Shown: positions 19,854-30,376 of the stretch, piece by piece
How the letters are laid out: each line of letters opens with the position of its first letter
How positions within the stretch are numbered: position 1 is the first letter of the stretch
Assembly (NCBI GenBank): GCA_950097145.1
Contig: CATNCF010000010.1
Location: 536-64,535 of the forward strand
DNA length: 64,000 nt
Direction of reading: 5' to 3'
Source: an uncultured Lachnospiraceae bacterium
GTDB lineage: Bacteria > Bacillota > Clostridia > Lachnospirales > Lachnospiraceae
Translations under genes and position numbers: made by a program
The notes under the pieces: generated by a model
Database searches by the model: none
What the model was told of the DNA's origin: nothing
What the model saw: the letters and a program-made list of their open reading frames with translations, nothing else

Positions 19854-20798
19854 TCACTGCGCAGTCTCTTCCTCTCTGGAGAACAATGCATTGACAAACT
19901 GCTCCGAATCAAATTTCTGCAGATCATCAATGGTTTCACCTACTCCAATGTATTTCACCGGAATGCCCATTTCAGACTGGATGGCAACTGCAATTCCGCC
20001 TTTTGCAGTTCCGTCCATTTTAGTCAAAATAATGCCCGTAATATCTGCCACTTCTGAAAACTGTTTCGCCTGTGCCAGAGCATTTTGGCCTGTGGTTCCG
20101 TCCAGCACTACAAGGGTCTCCCGGAATGCATCCGGATACTCTTTTTCCAAAATGCGGTGGATTTTCTTAAGCTCCTCCATAAGGTTCTTTTTATTATGCA
20201 GCCGCCCCGCCGTATCACAGAGCAGTACATCCGCATTTCTCGCCTTTGCCGCCGCCACAGCATCATAAACCACAGAAGCCGGGTCGGCTCCCTCCTGTCC
20301 GCCAATCATTTCCACGCCTGCCCGATTTGCCCACTCACTGAGCTGTTCCCCTGCCGCTGCACGGAAGGTATCTGCCGCTGCAAGCACCACTTTTCTCCCC
20401 TGATCCTTAAGTTTCCCGGCAAGCTTGCCCACAGAAGTGGTTTTTCCCACGCCGTTGACCCCGATCACCAATACCACGGATTTCTCCTGTTCGAACCGAT
20501 ATGCAGTTTCTCCCACATCCATCTGTTCCTTAATGCTGGCAATCAAAAGTTCCTTGCAGGCCCCAGGTTCCTTGATATGCTGTTCCTTCACCTTCTGTTT
20601 TAAATTCTCAATAATTTCAGTGGCGGCATGGACTCCCAAGTCTCCCATAATCAGAATCTCTTCGATTTCTTCGTAAAACTCTTCGTCAATACTGGAAAAC
20701 CCGCTGAAAATAGAATCAATGCCTGAAACAATATTGTCTCTTGTCTTGGTGAGTCCCTGAACCAGACGCCTGAAAAATCCCTTCTTTTCTTCTGCCAT
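19854..20798 (-). CDS. ftsY: SRP receptor FtsY
   Basis: [31 protein letters not shown]. Confidence 0.97.
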   Translation of the reverse strand: MAEEKKGFFRRLVQGLTKTRDNIVSGIDSIFSGFSSIDEEFYEEIEEILIMGDLGVHAATEIIENLKQKVKEQHIKEPGACKELLIASIKEQMDVGETAYRFEQEKSVVLVIGVNGVGKTTSVGKLAGKLKDQGRKVVLAAADTFRAAAGEQLSEWANRAGVEMIGGQEGADPASVVYDAVAAAKARNADVLLCDTAGRLHNKKNLMEELKKIHRILEKEYPDAFRETLVVLDGTTGQNALAQAKQFSEVADITGIILTKMDGTAKGGIAVAIQSEMGIPVKYIGVGETIDDLQKFDSEQFVNALFSREEETAQ

Positions 20799-20813
20799 AA
20801 TGATACTTCCTTT

Positions 20814-23800
20814 CTATTGATCTAAATCTTCTTCGATCAGATTTACAGAAACCAGGGTGGAAACTCCCTTCTCCTGCATGGTAATGCCATAGAGGCGGTC
20901 AGCCGCCGCCATAGTTCCTCTTCTATGAGTAATCACAATAAACTGGGTGTTCTCTGTCAGTTTGTGCAGATATGCCGCAAAACGTCCTACATTGGAATCG
21001 TCCAGCGCCGCTTCAATCTCATCCAGCAGACAGAACGGCGATGGCTTAAGGTTTTGAATGGCAAACAGCAGGGAAATCGCTGTCAGCGATTTTTCACCGC
21101 CGGACATCTGCATCATATTCTGCAGCTTCTTTCCCAGTGGCTGAGCAATAATGCGGATTCCGCATTCCAGAATATCTTCCCCCTCCACCAGTTCTAAAGT
21201 ACCCTTCCCGCCGCCAAACAGTTCTTTGAAGACCTTATTAAATTCTGCCTGTATCTGGGCAAACTTCTCCATAAACTGTTTGCGCATACCTGTATCCAGC
21301 TCTTCAATAATCTCCAGAAGGGTTTTTTCTGCTTCCACCAGATCGTCATGCTGGGTCTTCATAAAGACATACCGTTCCGACAGGCTGCGGTAATCCTCAA
21401 TAGCATTAACATTGACATCCCCCAATTTACGGATTTCGTCCTTAATCTCTGTAATCCTCTTTTTTAGCTCTGCAGGATTATCAAATTCCTGATTCCGAAG
21501 CTCCATGGCATTGTGGAAGGTGAGTTCATATTCCTCCCACATGTAATTGCTTTGATTTTCTGCCCGTTCCTGAAGTTTTTCCTTCTGGCTGTTCAGGCGG
21601 TACTGCTCCTTGTCCAGATCGTTGATCCGCCTGGAAAATTCCTCTTGTTTCTGGAAAAATCCATGATATTTCTCAGACATTTCCTCCCTGTTTTTCTGGC
21701 TTTCTGCAATTTTCCGTTCCAGTTCTTCATAAGCTGTCTTTGACGATAGTATCGTCTTACTGATTTCTTCAATATCCCGCTGCTTTTTTTCCGCGTCCTG
21801 CCTGGAATCATCCCGTTCCCTTTTTGCCGATTGATAGTCTTCCTCCAGCTTTCTCAGCTCTCCCTGGACACGGGAAATATTTTCTTTCAGGAAATTTACT
21901 TTCTGTATCAGATTTGCCTCCTCCAACTGCACCTGAGAGACAGAATCCTGACTTTCCTTTGCAAGACGGTTCTGCCTGTCTAAAATGCCCTGGAGATTCC
22001 GATTCTCTTCTTCAATCTCCTTCTCTCGGCGGTCAGCGGCCTGAATCTCCTGCTGTATCAGACTGCTGTTTTCACCGATCTCCTTTAATTGATATTCCAA
22101 CTCCCTGCTCTCCATCTGAAGACTGGAAAATTGGCTGTCGTTTTCTTCTTTTTGTTCCCTGGCTCGGTCTAAGTTCATTTTCTCTGTATTCTGGGCAAGC
22201 ATTGCCTGTTTCAAATCCTCCCGGATTTGTTCCGCCTCCTCTTTCAGAAGCTCTCTTGCAGTACGGATTTCTTCCAGACGGTCCTGGTGCTTTTTCATGG
22301 CTTCCTTTACCGTTTCTGTCACGTTCTGCAGCTCTTCAATCTCACGCTTTCTCCCCAGCAGATTGCTGGTATTCCGAAAAGCCCCCCCCGTCATGGAACC
22401 TCCAGGGCTTAAGGATTCTCCTTCCAGGGTTACAATCCGTAAACTGTACTGATACTTCCGTGCCAGTGCAACGGCATGGTCAATGGTATCTACAACATAA
22501 GTTCTGCCCAGCAGATACGTTTTTAATCCTGTAAATTGACTGTCTGCATGTACCAGCTCACTGCCAACGCCAATAACACCCGGTTCTTTTAATGCCGCCT
22601 GATTCACCTGCTGGGCTTTCTTACCTACGCTGGTCAAAGGCAGAAAAGTTGCCCGGCCAAAACGGTTTTTCTTCAGGTATTCTATCATGTTCTTTGCGGT
22701 TGCTTCGTCGCTGGTGACAATATTCTGGATACTGCCTCCCAGGGCTGTTTCAATGGCAGTCTCGTATTGTTTCTCCACCTGCATGAAATCCGCCACTACT
22801 CCCAGAAGTCCCGGTTCTGTTTCTTTCCTCTCCATTACCCGCCGGATAGCGTTCCCGTAACCGTCATAGCGTTCTGCAATATTTACCAGGGATTCCAGCC
22901 TGGACTGCTCCCTGTGATACCTGGCGGTATCCTGTTCCAGGGCTCTTGCCGTCTCTGCCTGCTTCTTATGCCATTCCTGGCTTTTCTGATCCAGCTTCTG
23001 TTCTTTGTCCAGCAGCTCCAGGTAATGTTCCTTGGCTTCCTGATATTTGCGCTCACATTCTTCTGCCATATACTGCAGGTCTTCTTCTTCGCTTTTCTGC
23101 TCCAGAAACCGTTTGTTAAGCTCTGCCTTACGGATATTTACCTGCTCTTTCATGGTGTCATAACGCTGCTGCTTTGCTTTGGTAGACGCCTTGTTGTTCA
23201 GCAGCTCAATCATTTCATTCTTGCCGTCTTCCATTCCCCGGCTGCAGCGGGCAATTTCTTCCTGTATCTCCTGGCAGCGGGCCATAACGCTGCTTTTCTG
23301 TTCTTCTACAGACTTTAAAAGTTCATTGGCCTCCTGAAGCTCTTTATGAAAATTCTCTTTCTGTCCTGTGCGCTCTGTTTTATCCCGTTCAATCTCTTCC
23401 TGACGTGTCTTGAAATGTTCTTCACTCTGCTGCAGGGCATGAATCTGTTCTTTTAAGACATTGATCTGTCCCTCCAGTTTTCCCTTAAGGACTGTGGTAT
23501 CTCCAAGTTCCTCTCTAAGAGCCACCAGGGCATCGTCTGCCTCTTTCATATGCTGCTCCATCTGTTCATATTCTGCCTTAATGCTGTGATAAGAACGATT
23601 GGATTCTTCGAAATCACGATCCACAATCCGGATCTTCTCTTCCAAATCTTTGGACTGCTCCTGCACCCGCTCCATATCCATCAGGAACATATTTACGTCA
23701 TAATTCTTTAATGCCTCTCTCTTCTTCAGATAAATTTTCGCCTTCTCGGCCTGCCGTTCCAGCGGTCCCACCTGCTTTTCAAGTTCTGCCAGGATATCGT

Positions 23801-24374
23801 TGACACGCACCAGATTCTGGCGCTCATCTTCCAGCTTCTTCTGAGCCGCAGCTTTCCTCCGCTTATATTTCACAATTCCTGCGGCCTCGTCAAAAAGCTC
23901 CCGCCGTTCTTCCGGCTTCCCGCTTAAAATGCGCTCAATCTGTCCCTGGCCGATAATGGAATATCCTTCCTTGCCGATCCCTGTATCATAAAACAATTCA
24001 TTGACATCTTTCAAACGGCAGGTTGTGCCATTAATCAGATATTCGCTTTCTCCTGAGCGGTACACCCGCCGGGCTACTGTCACTTCATTGTAATCCACAT
24101 TAAGCTGCCGGTCGCTGTTATCCAGGGTAATCGCCACATAAGCATAACTCAATGGCTTACGGCTCTCCGTTCCGGAAAATATTACGTCCTGCATACTGGA
24201 GCCTCTTAGCTGCTTTGCCCTCTGTTCTCCCAGCACCCAGCGCACAGCGTCTGCCACATTACTCTTACCGCTTCCATTTGGTCCCACAATCCCGGTGATT
24301 CCATTATGAAATTCAAAAAGAATCTTATTGGCAAAGGATTTAAAACCATGAACCTCTATACTTTTTAAATACAT
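20814..24374 (-). CDS. smc: Chromosome segregation protein SMC
   Basis: [14 protein letters not shown], coiled coils, hinge [26 protein letters not shown]. Confidence 0.97.
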   Translation of the reverse strand: MYLKSIEVHGFKSFANKILFEFHNGITGIVGPNGSGKSNVADAVRWVLGEQRAKQLRGSSMQDVIFSGTESRKPLSYAYVAITLDNSDRQLNVDYNEVTVARRVYRSGESEYLINGTTCRLKDVNELFYDTGIGKEGYSIIGQGQIERILSGKPEERRELFDEAAGIVKYKRRKAAAQKKLEDERQNLVRVNDILAELEKQVGPLERQAEKAKIYLKKREALKNYDVNMFLMDMERVQEQSKDLEEKIRIVDRDFEESNRSYHSIKAEYEQMEQHMKEADDALVALREELGDTTVLKGKLEGQINVLKEQIHALQQSEEHFKTRQEEIERDKTERTGQKENFHKELQEANELLKSVEEQKSSVMARCQEIQEEIARCSRGMEDGKNEMIELLNNKASTKAKQQRYDTMKEQVNIRKAELNKRFLEQKSEEEDLQYMAEECERKYQEAKEHYLELLDKEQKLDQKSQEWHKKQAETARALEQDTARYHREQSRLESLVNIAERYDGYGNAIRRVMERKETEPGLLGVVADFMQVEKQYETAIETALGGSIQNIVTSDEATAKNMIEYLKKNRFGRATFLPLTSVGKKAQQVNQAALKEPGVIGVGSELVHADSQFTGLKTYLLGRTYVVDTIDHAVALARKYQYSLRIVTLEGESLSPGGSMTGGAFRNTSNLLGRKREIEELQNVTETVKEAMKKHQDRLEEIRTARELLKEEAEQIREDLKQAMLAQNTEKMNLDRAREQKEENDSQFSSLQMESRELEYQLKEIGENSSLIQQEIQAADRREKEIEEENRNLQGILDRQNRLAKESQDSVSQVQLEEANLIQKVNFLKENISRVQGELRKLEEDYQSAKRERDDSRQDAEKKQRDIEEISKTILSSKTAYEELERKIAESQKNREEMSEKYHGFFQKQEEFSRRINDLDKEQYRLNSQKEKLQERAENQSNYMWEEYELTFHNAMELRNQEFDNPAELKKRITEIKDEIRKLGDVNVNAIEDYRSLSERYVFMKTQHDDLVEAEKTLLEIIEELDTGMRKQFMEKFAQIQAEFNKVFKELFGGGKGTLELVEGEDILECGIRIIAQPLGKKLQNMMQMSGGEKSLTAISLLFAIQNLKPSPFCLLDEIEAALDDSNVGRFAAYLHKLTENTQFIVITHRRGTMAAADRLYGITMQEKGVSTLVSVNLIEEDLDQ

Positions 24375-25081
24375 GAACTCCCTCCGCAGCCCTCAGGTAA
24401 CTGGTGTTTCAGTTTCATAAGCGTCTGATATGCCGCCTCTTGTTCTGCGCTCTTTTTGGTCCTGCCTGTTCCCTGTCCGTAAATGGTATCCCCGATCCTT
24501 GCCTCAACCACAAATTTTTTATCATGGTCAGGCCCTTCCTCTCTCACCAGGAAATACTGCAATTGCTGATTATAGTTTCCCTGTACAAGCTCCTGCAGGA
24601 TAGTCTTGCTATCAAAAAAGAGCTGTTTATGCTCAATATCATTCAGCACAAACTGAAAAATAAACTCTTTTGCACTAGCAAAACCACCGTCCAGATAAAT
24701 CGCTCCAATCACTGCTTCCAGGGCGTCTGACAAAATAGATTTCCGTTCCCTGCCTCCCGTTTGATTTTCTCCTTTTCCCAGGAGAAGATACCTGCCCAGA
24801 TCCAGATCTCTGGTACAGAATGCAAGGGCAGGTTCGCAGACCATGCTTGCCCTAAGTCTGGTTAATTCTCCTTCTGGATAATCTGGATACCGGTGATACA
24901 AAAATTCACTGGAGACAATCTCAAGCACCGCATCCCCGAGAAATTCCAGCCGCTCATTATCGGCCTGTTTTCCCATATGACGTTCATTGGCATAGGAACT
25001 GTGGGTCAGCGCCTGTTTGAGCAGCCTTCCATCCTGAAAATGATACCCTATCTTTTCTTCAAATTCTTTTTGTAATTTCAT
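24365..25081 (-). CDS. rnc: Ribonuclease III
   Basis: ALTHSSY, NERLEFLGDAVL, dsRBD; start moved to MKLQKEF. Confidence 0.97.
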   Translation of the reverse strand: MKLQKEFEEKIGYHFQDGRLLKQALTHSSYANERHMGKQADNERLEFLGDAVLEIVSSEFLYHRYPDYPEGELTRLRASMVCEPALAFCTRDLDLGRYLLLGKGENQTGGRERKSILSDALEAVIGAIYLDGGFASAKEFIFQFVLNDIEHKQLFFDSKTILQELVQGNYNQQLQYFLVREEGPDHDKKFVVEARIGDTIYGQGTGRTKKSAEQEAAYQTLMKLKHQLPEGCGGSSCI

Positions 25082-25211
25082 AACTATATCCCTTTCCTGG
25101 AGCAGCCGCTTACAAAAAAGCGCCTGCATTCAAATAAGGGCAATCTGAAAAAGACATTCAAAAATTCCTTTCAGACACCCTTATCCTTTATAGCTGCCAT
25201 TCAATTTTCCA

Positions 25212-25442
25212 CTAATTCAGCGCATTTTTAATCTGTTCCACTGCATCGCCCACAGTCACAATTTTCTCTGCTTCTTCGTTGGCAATCTCAATATCAAACT
25301 CTTCTTCCAGTCCCATGATAATCTGGAAAATATCCAGAGAATCTGCTCCCAGATCATCTACAAATGTTGTGTCCATTGTGATCTCTTCCACGTCAACGTT
25401 TAATACTTCTGCAATGATTTTTTTCACCTTTTCAAATTCCAT
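25212..25442 (-). CDS. acpP: Acyl carrier protein
   Basis: DLGADSLD; GGAGG RBS before MEFEKV. Confidence 0.97.
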   Translation of the reverse strand: MEFEKVKKIIAEVLNVDVEEITMDTTFVDDLGADSLDIFQIIMGLEEEFDIEIANEEAEKIVTVGDAVEQIKNALN

Positions 25443-25515
25443 GATTTCCTCCAATCCATGCGTTTCTCAGCACACACAAACAATTAGCAAAAATATATTC
25501 CGCTTATGTTCTTCC

Positions 25516-26538
25516 CTATTCTCCTTCCACGGGAGATGTTCCAATATTTCTTCTGATTTTTTCATTGATTTCCTGTTCTTTGAAAGTAACACACTGAATA
25601 ATGGAATTGGTTACTTCCTTTGCCTTGGAACTTCCATGGGTCTTCACTACAAGGCCATTCAGTCCAAGAAGAGGCGCCCCGCCGTACTCACTGGCATCAA
25701 AAGCTTTCATGGTTTTCTTCAATGCGGGCTTCACCAGTAATGCCCCCACCTTACTCCTGAGATTTTCAAACATCCCTTTTTTTACCAGGCTTAAGAAGGT
25801 AGAGCCCACACCCTCATACAGCTTGAGAATTACATTACCTACAAATGCTTCGCAGACAATCACATCTGCCTCTCCATGGGGAATGTCCCTTGCCTCTATG
25901 CTTCCCACAAAATTGATATCGGGACAATTCTTTAACAGTGGAAATGTCTCTTTCACCAATGCATTTCCCTTTTCCTCCTCAGCGCCGATATTGACGATGG
26001 CAACCCTTGGATTCTTAACCTGCAGTACGTTTTCCATATAAATAGAACCCATTTTGGCAAACTGTACCAGATGGGATGCCCTGGCATCTACGTTTGCACC
26101 ACAGTCAATCAACAGGGATACGCCTTGTTCCGTGGGAATCAGCGGTGCCAGCGGAGGGCGTTCCACGCCTTTGATCCTGCCAACAATAACTTGTCCTCCC
26201 ACCAGAATCGCTCCAGAACTTCCTGCGGACACAAATGCATCTGCTTTCTTCTCTTTCACCATATTCATTCCCACTACAATGGATGACTGCTTCTTCTTGC
26301 GAATCGCCATTACCGGCGGTTCTGCTGTCTCGATCACCTCGGGGGCATGAACCACTTCGATCTGCGGACCCTGATACGAATGTTTTGCAAGCTCTTCTTT
26401 GATGACATCCTGCCTGCCTATCAGATATACTCTGATATCCTGACGCAGTGTAACAGCATCAATCGCTCCTTTTACCATTTCTGCCGGAGCATAATCCCCG
26501 CCCATGGCGTCTACTGCTACCTTTACCATTTCTTCCAT
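25516..26538 (-). CDS. plsX: Phosphate acyltransferase PlsX
   Basis: AVDAMGGDYAP, DCGAN, NIGAEEEKG, GGAPLLG, KTHGSS. Confidence 0.97.
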   Translation of the reverse strand: MEEMVKVAVDAMGGDYAPAEMVKGAIDAVTLRQDIRVYLIGRQDVIKEELAKHSYQGPQIEVVHAPEVIETAEPPVMAIRKKKQSSIVVGMNMVKEKKADAFVSAGSSGAILVGGQVIVGRIKGVERPPLAPLIPTEQGVSLLIDCGANVDARASHLVQFAKMGSIYMENVLQVKNPRVAIVNIGAEEEKGNALVKETFPLLKNCPDINFVGSIEARDIPHGEADVIVCEAFVGNVILKLYEGVGSTFLSLVKKGMFENLRSKVGALLVKPALKKTMKAFDASEYGGAPLLGLNGLVVKTHGSSKAKEVTNSIIQCVTFKEQEINEKIRRNIGTSPVEGE

Positions 26539-26663
26539 GAAATTTCCTCCTTACGGCACAAAAGGCAGAAAAAGATTTTCCTTTTTTTGCTAATGCCTCT
26601 CTAAGAATATACTATAAGTACTATCAGAAATCAACCTAAAAATAACATCTTATGAAAGCATTT

Positions 26664-27305
26664 TTATACCCGATCCAATTCCTCTTCCCTGGTCCGCTCT
26701 TCTTCTGTCATGTATTTACGGAAAATCCGCTCAAGAATAAAGCTGGCAGTCAAGGCATGGACCGCTGGCAGGAACACAATGAGCAGCGGCGCCATGTAAA
26801 ATAAAAAAACCGCAATTAATATCAGCGCCAGCAGTAAAACTGTCATGGGCAAATGTGCCACAACCAGCAGAATTGCATTTTTCATGGATTGTTTTCTTGT
26901 ATTTTCAAACCGCGCCATATAGGGAAACAAGTAAGAACTCCAAGCCAGCAGTACGGTCATTCCCACAAAAAATACTACTGTCAGTATACTCATAATCGTT
27001 TCATCTTTTGTATATTGGCGCATGATATTCCAATCAGCTCCAAGAACCATCCCATTAAGAAGGACCAGCAGCCATATCGGCACTGTCTGCTTGAAATTAT
27101 CCCGAAATGACGCCAGATAATCCCGGAAAATATACCCTCTGTCCTTACGCAGAACTTTATACACTGTATAATACAATGCTGTAGCAGCCGTACCAATAGT
27201 AAAAACAGGAATACAACTTACGAGAAACAGCACACTTAATAACATGCAGTCTGTAAATTTATTGAGCGCTCTCATGATGCCGCTGTCATAATTAAATATA
27301 CCCAT
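26664..27305 (-). CDS. YesL/DUF624 family membrane protein
   Basis: IPVFTIGTAATALY, F--NFKQ, 4-5 TM helices. Confidence 0.8.
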   Translation of the reverse strand: MGIFNYDSGIMRALNKFTDCMLLSVLFLVSCIPVFTIGTAATALYYTVYKVLRKDRGYIFRDYLASFRDNFKQTVPIWLLVLLNGMVLGADWNIMRQYTKDETIMSILTVVFFVGMTVLLAWSSYLFPYMARFENTRKQSMKNAILLVVAHLPMTVLLLALILIAVFLFYMAPLLIVFLPAVHALTASFILERIFRKYMTEEERTREEELDRV

Positions 27306-27357
27306 TTTTCAAATTCCTTTCGCGCCAGTGCGCATATTATTTATTCTATAGAATAAT

Positions 27358-27387
27358 AAAGCCTCCCCGGTAATGGAGAGGCTCTTG
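27358..27387 (-). terminator. Terminator after rpmF
   Basis: AGCCTCCCC-ggtaat-GGAGAGGCT stem with T-rich tail on the minus strand. Confidence 0.6.
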
Positions 27388-27390
27388 TGA

Positions 27391-27570
27391 CTAATCCTGA
27401 GGAATAATCTCTTTTTTGTTATAGCTTCCGCAGTTCTTGCAGACTCTGTGAGGCATCATTAACTCCCCGCATTTACTGCATTTTACTAAGGTCGGAGCAG
27501 TCATTTTCCAGTTTGCTCTTCTCTTATCTCTTCTTCCTTTGGAAGATTTATTTTTTGGACATATAGACAT
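27391..27570 (-). CDS. rpmF: 50S ribosomal protein L32 (Zn-ribbon type)
   Basis: PKNKSSKGRRDKRR, CSKCG, HRVCKNCGSY. Confidence 0.97.
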   Translation of the reverse strand: MSICPKNKSSKGRRDKRRANWKMTAPTLVKCSKCGELMMPHRVCKNCGSYNKKEIIPQD

Positions 27571-27572
27571 GG

Positions 27573-28094
27573 TCACACCTCCTTAAATTTGTTAAAAATA
27601 TCCTGGATTGCTGCCATTCTTGGATCAGGCTCTGTGTTCTGGCACTGACATTCTGTCATATTCAGATTGGCTCCGCACCGCTTACAGATGCCTTTGCAAT
27701 CTTCCCTGCACAGAACCTTCATTGGCCAACTCACCAAAATTTCTCCAAAAATAAGTTGATCTACATCCAGATTTGTTCCTATCATGTAGCTGAATACTTC
27801 CATGCTGTTCTCTTCATCGCTTCCAGTAAGATCAATCTCTTTATCAATCACGATGGAAAAACTGCTGTCCACGTCTTCTAAACAGCGATCACATGGAATT
27901 GCAATTGTAACTTTCGTCTTGCCCTGAATAAGCAGCCGCTTATTATTTTCATTGACAAACTTCAGTTCAAAGGGTGCTTTTTTCACAATGGGAAACCGTC
28001 CCAATTTGGAATCAAAGGACATCAGTTCCACTTCTACCCGCTTGGACACTTCTTTGTTCTCACTGGTAATTATGTCTGCTAATTCTACTCTCAT
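27573..28094 (-). CDS. yceD: YceD/DUF177 family protein
   Basis: CDRCL, LCREDCKGICKRCG, DPR; canonical position upstream of rpmF. Confidence 0.9.
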   Translation of the reverse strand: MRVELADIITSENKEVSKRVEVELMSFDSKLGRFPIVKKAPFELKFVNENNKRLLIQGKTKVTIAIPCDRCLEDVDSSFSIVIDKEIDLTGSDEENSMEVFSYMIGTNLDVDQLIFGEILVSWPMKVLCREDCKGICKRCGANLNMTECQCQNTEPDPRMAAIQDIFNKFKEV

Positions 28095-28289
28095 GGCAGT
28101 CTCCTATCCACACTCGATATATTATACATAGCAATCTGCAGTTTGTCAACCAAAATTTACTGTGAAAGTCTCCGACTTTCATAGTAAGGATGGCCATGCT
28201 GCCGGACGGCTGGATGAGCACGATGGCAGATTTACTTTGAAAGCTAAAGCTTCGTAAATCCCTCAAACAGCAGAACACATGATAAACAT

Positions 28290-29483
28290 TTATTTTAAAA
28301 CCAGCGCTTCTGTCTCTCTTGCAATTGCAAGCTCTTCATTGGTAGGCAGGCAAATGACTGTCACCTTGGAATTTGGTGTGGAGATAATTGTCTCCAAGCC
28401 ATGCACCTCATTTGCCTTTTCATCCAGTTCAACCCCCAGATAACCCAGATAATCACAGATGCCTTTTCTGGTGTTGGGGCCGTTTTCCCCTACCCCTGCG
28501 GTAAAACAGATTACATCCACACCGTTCATAGCTGCAGTGTATGCGCCTACATATTTTGCCGCACGATAGATATACGTATTAAGAGCGCGGATTCCTGCGT
28601 GGTCATTTTTCTCTGCCGCATCTTCCAAATCCCTGAAATCACTGGAAATATGGGACAATCCCTGTACTCCTGATTTCTTATTCAGTATATCCATCATGCC
28701 TTCCAAATCCAGGTTTTCCTTCTTCGCAATATATTCCATAGCTCCAGGGTCAATATCTCCGGAACGTGTTCCCATAATCAGTCCTTCTAAAGGTGTGAGT
28801 CCCATGGATGTATCAATGGATTTACCATTTTTCACCGCACAGATCGAAGCTCCGTTGCCAAGATGGCATACAATCGTCTTCAATTCTTCGCAGGGTTTTC
28901 CAACAATCTCAGCGGCCCGCTTAGACACGTAACTGTGGGAGGTGCCATGGAATCCATACCTTCTCACTTTATATTTCTCATAGTAATCATAATCAATGCC
29001 GTACAGATAAGCTTCCTCCGGCATAGTTTGATGGAATGCGGTATCAAATACTCCCACCATAGGCACATTGGGCATCAATTCCTGACATGCACGGATTCCA
29101 ATAAGATTTGCCGGATTGTGCAGAGGCGCCAGTTCGTTACATTCTTCAATAACCTTCAGCACTTCTTCATTTAAAATTGTAGATGACGCAAATTTTTCTC
29201 CGCCATGAACCACTCTGTGTCCCACTGCCCCAATTTCATCCAGGCTCTTTAATGCGCCGGTCTTAGGGTTTACCAGTGCATCCAGCACCATCTGGATTGC
29301 CTGCTTATGCGTGGGCATATCAGCATCCGTAATTTCTTTCTCACCGCCCGCTTTCTGATACACCAGTCTGCCGTCCAGACCGATTCTCTCACAAAGCCCT
29401 TTTGCCAGTACTGCCTCCGTATCTGAATCAATCACCTGGTATTTTAAAGATGAGCTTCCACAATTGACTACTAATATATTCAT
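28290..29483 (-). CDS. ackA: Acetate kinase
   Basis: NCGSSSLK, GHRVVHGG, APLHNP, FDTAFH, YGFHGTSH, HLGNGAS, TNEE. Confidence 0.97.
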   Translation of the reverse strand: MNILVVNCGSSSLKYQVIDSDTEAVLAKGLCERIGLDGRLVYQKAGGEKEITDADMPTHKQAIQMVLDALVNPKTGALKSLDEIGAVGHRVVHGGEKFASSTILNEEVLKVIEECNELAPLHNPANLIGIRACQELMPNVPMVGVFDTAFHQTMPEEAYLYGIDYDYYEKYKVRRYGFHGTSHSYVSKRAAEIVGKPCEELKTIVCHLGNGASICAVKNGKSIDTSMGLTPLEGLIMGTRSGDIDPGAMEYIAKKENLDLEGMMDILNKKSGVQGLSHISSDFRDLEDAAEKNDHAGIRALNTYIYRAAKYVGAYTAAMNGVDVICFTAGVGENGPNTRKGICDYLGYLGVELDEKANEVHGLETIISTPNSKVTVICLPTNEELAIARETEALVLK

Positions 29484-29536
29484 TTTTTTCTCCTTTCCTG
29501 TGCTCTTCCTAACAGGATTCTGCAACCTTTTTATCC

Positions 29537-29565
29537 ATTATAAACCAATTTTTTTTTGTGTACAA
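29537..29565 (-). promoter_or_regulatory. SigmaA promoter of ackA
   Basis: Minus strand TTGTAC-N17-TATAAT. Confidence 0.65.
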
Positions 29566-29676
29566 GGGGATATTTTGAAAAGCCGGCATTCGAAACTGCC
29601 TCCGCCAATATTTTTTCCACAAATTGATAAAAGTATTTTTTCTGCTCTGCTTTTCATTGTGATGTTTTTTAAAAAA

Positions 29677-29823
29677 AAGGTGCAAAGTCTTAATTAATAG
29701 TACCTCGCTGCAAGCGCAGTGTATTTACACACTCGCAGCATTCGTCAAACAGCTTGTAAACATGGCTATTTTCCTAAGTGCCCTGCGGATACATTACTCG
29801 TGGGAATAAAGACTTTACACCTT
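29677..29823 (-). repeat. 147-bp IR-bounded structured element forming the 3' end of cassette 1
   Basis: AAGGTGCAAAGTCT ... AGACTTTACACCTT (13/14 IR), internal GC hairpins, T8 tail on the minus strand. Confidence 0.75.
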
Positions 29824-30121
29824 AATTTGTTTGATTATTTCGTTGTTTTATTCTTTGATAATATCAATGTCTATTAAATTCACACCTATGACATTTAATA
29901 ATGCTTTCAAAGAAAGATAATCCGTTTTTAACTCTGCGTATGTTTTTGTCGCGTTTTCTTCCTTTGCAACCATCATATATCGCTGAACTTTTTTAAATTG
30001 TTCAATAGCATCTTTTGCTATTTCTGCATTACTTGGCATACAATCACCGTCCTTTTATATGCTCTGTTTCTATGATGATCTCATTATAGCAATAAGGGGT
30101 TCTGGTGTAAAGTCTTTATTC
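29804..30121 (-). mobile_element. Small-gene cassette 1 bounded by a perfect 18-bp inverted repeat
   Basis: GAATAAAGACTTTACACC (29804-29821) and GGTGTAAAGTCTTTATTC (30104-30121) enclose promoter, leader and ORF; mobility is inferred. Confidence 0.55.
29848..30039 (-). CDS. 63-aa helical hypothetical protein (cassette 1 payload)
   Basis: RBS AAGGACGGTGA, promoter TTTACA-N17-TATAAT (30083-30111), downstream terminator-like IR. Confidence 0.8.
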   Translation of the reverse strand: MPSNAEIAKDAIEQFKKVQRYMMVAKEENATKTYAELKTDYLSLKALLNVIGVNLIDIDIIKE

Positions 30122-30122
30122 A

Positions 30123-30218
30123 GTTATCAAATATTTTTCCCCACAAGCTATAGAAAAAGCAAAGGATTTAGGCGTAAAACTTTGGGACAGAGATAGACTA
30201 AATGAAATAATTGGGTAA
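30123..30218 (+). pseudogene. 3' fragment of an Mrr-type restriction endonuclease gene
   Basis: Manual translation VIKYFSPQAIEKAKDLGVKLWDRDRLNEIIG-stop resembles the Mrr_cat C-terminus (YFT-QA---A----V-LWDR--L); no start codon. Confidence 0.55.
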
Positions 30219-30330
30219 GGCAAAATTGCCCCTATAAAACCAACTTCTAAAACAATGCAATAAGGCTTATGATTAAAAAACGGAATGACTTAGGCTATGA
30301 GAAGAACCGTAAGGGGGATGGGCAGGCGGC

Positions 30331-30376
30331 AAAAAGGTGCAAAGCCTTAATAATTCAATAACAACTTTACACCTTT
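30331..30376 (-). terminator. Terminator of cassette 2, built from the cassette IR
   Basis: Minus strand AAAGGTGTAAAG-N20-CTTTGCACCTTT-TT. Confidence 0.75.

Noticed and set aside
21824-23318. Long antisense ORFs opposite smc (similarly opposite the GH31, cysS, LRR and GH51 genes)
   Set aside because: Shadow frames of well-supported genes, with no recognisable motifs.
29560-29680. A second att site (duplicated tRNA-Thr 3' end) closing the islet
   Set aside because: No copy of the tRNA 3' sequence could be found here, so island boundaries are not proven.
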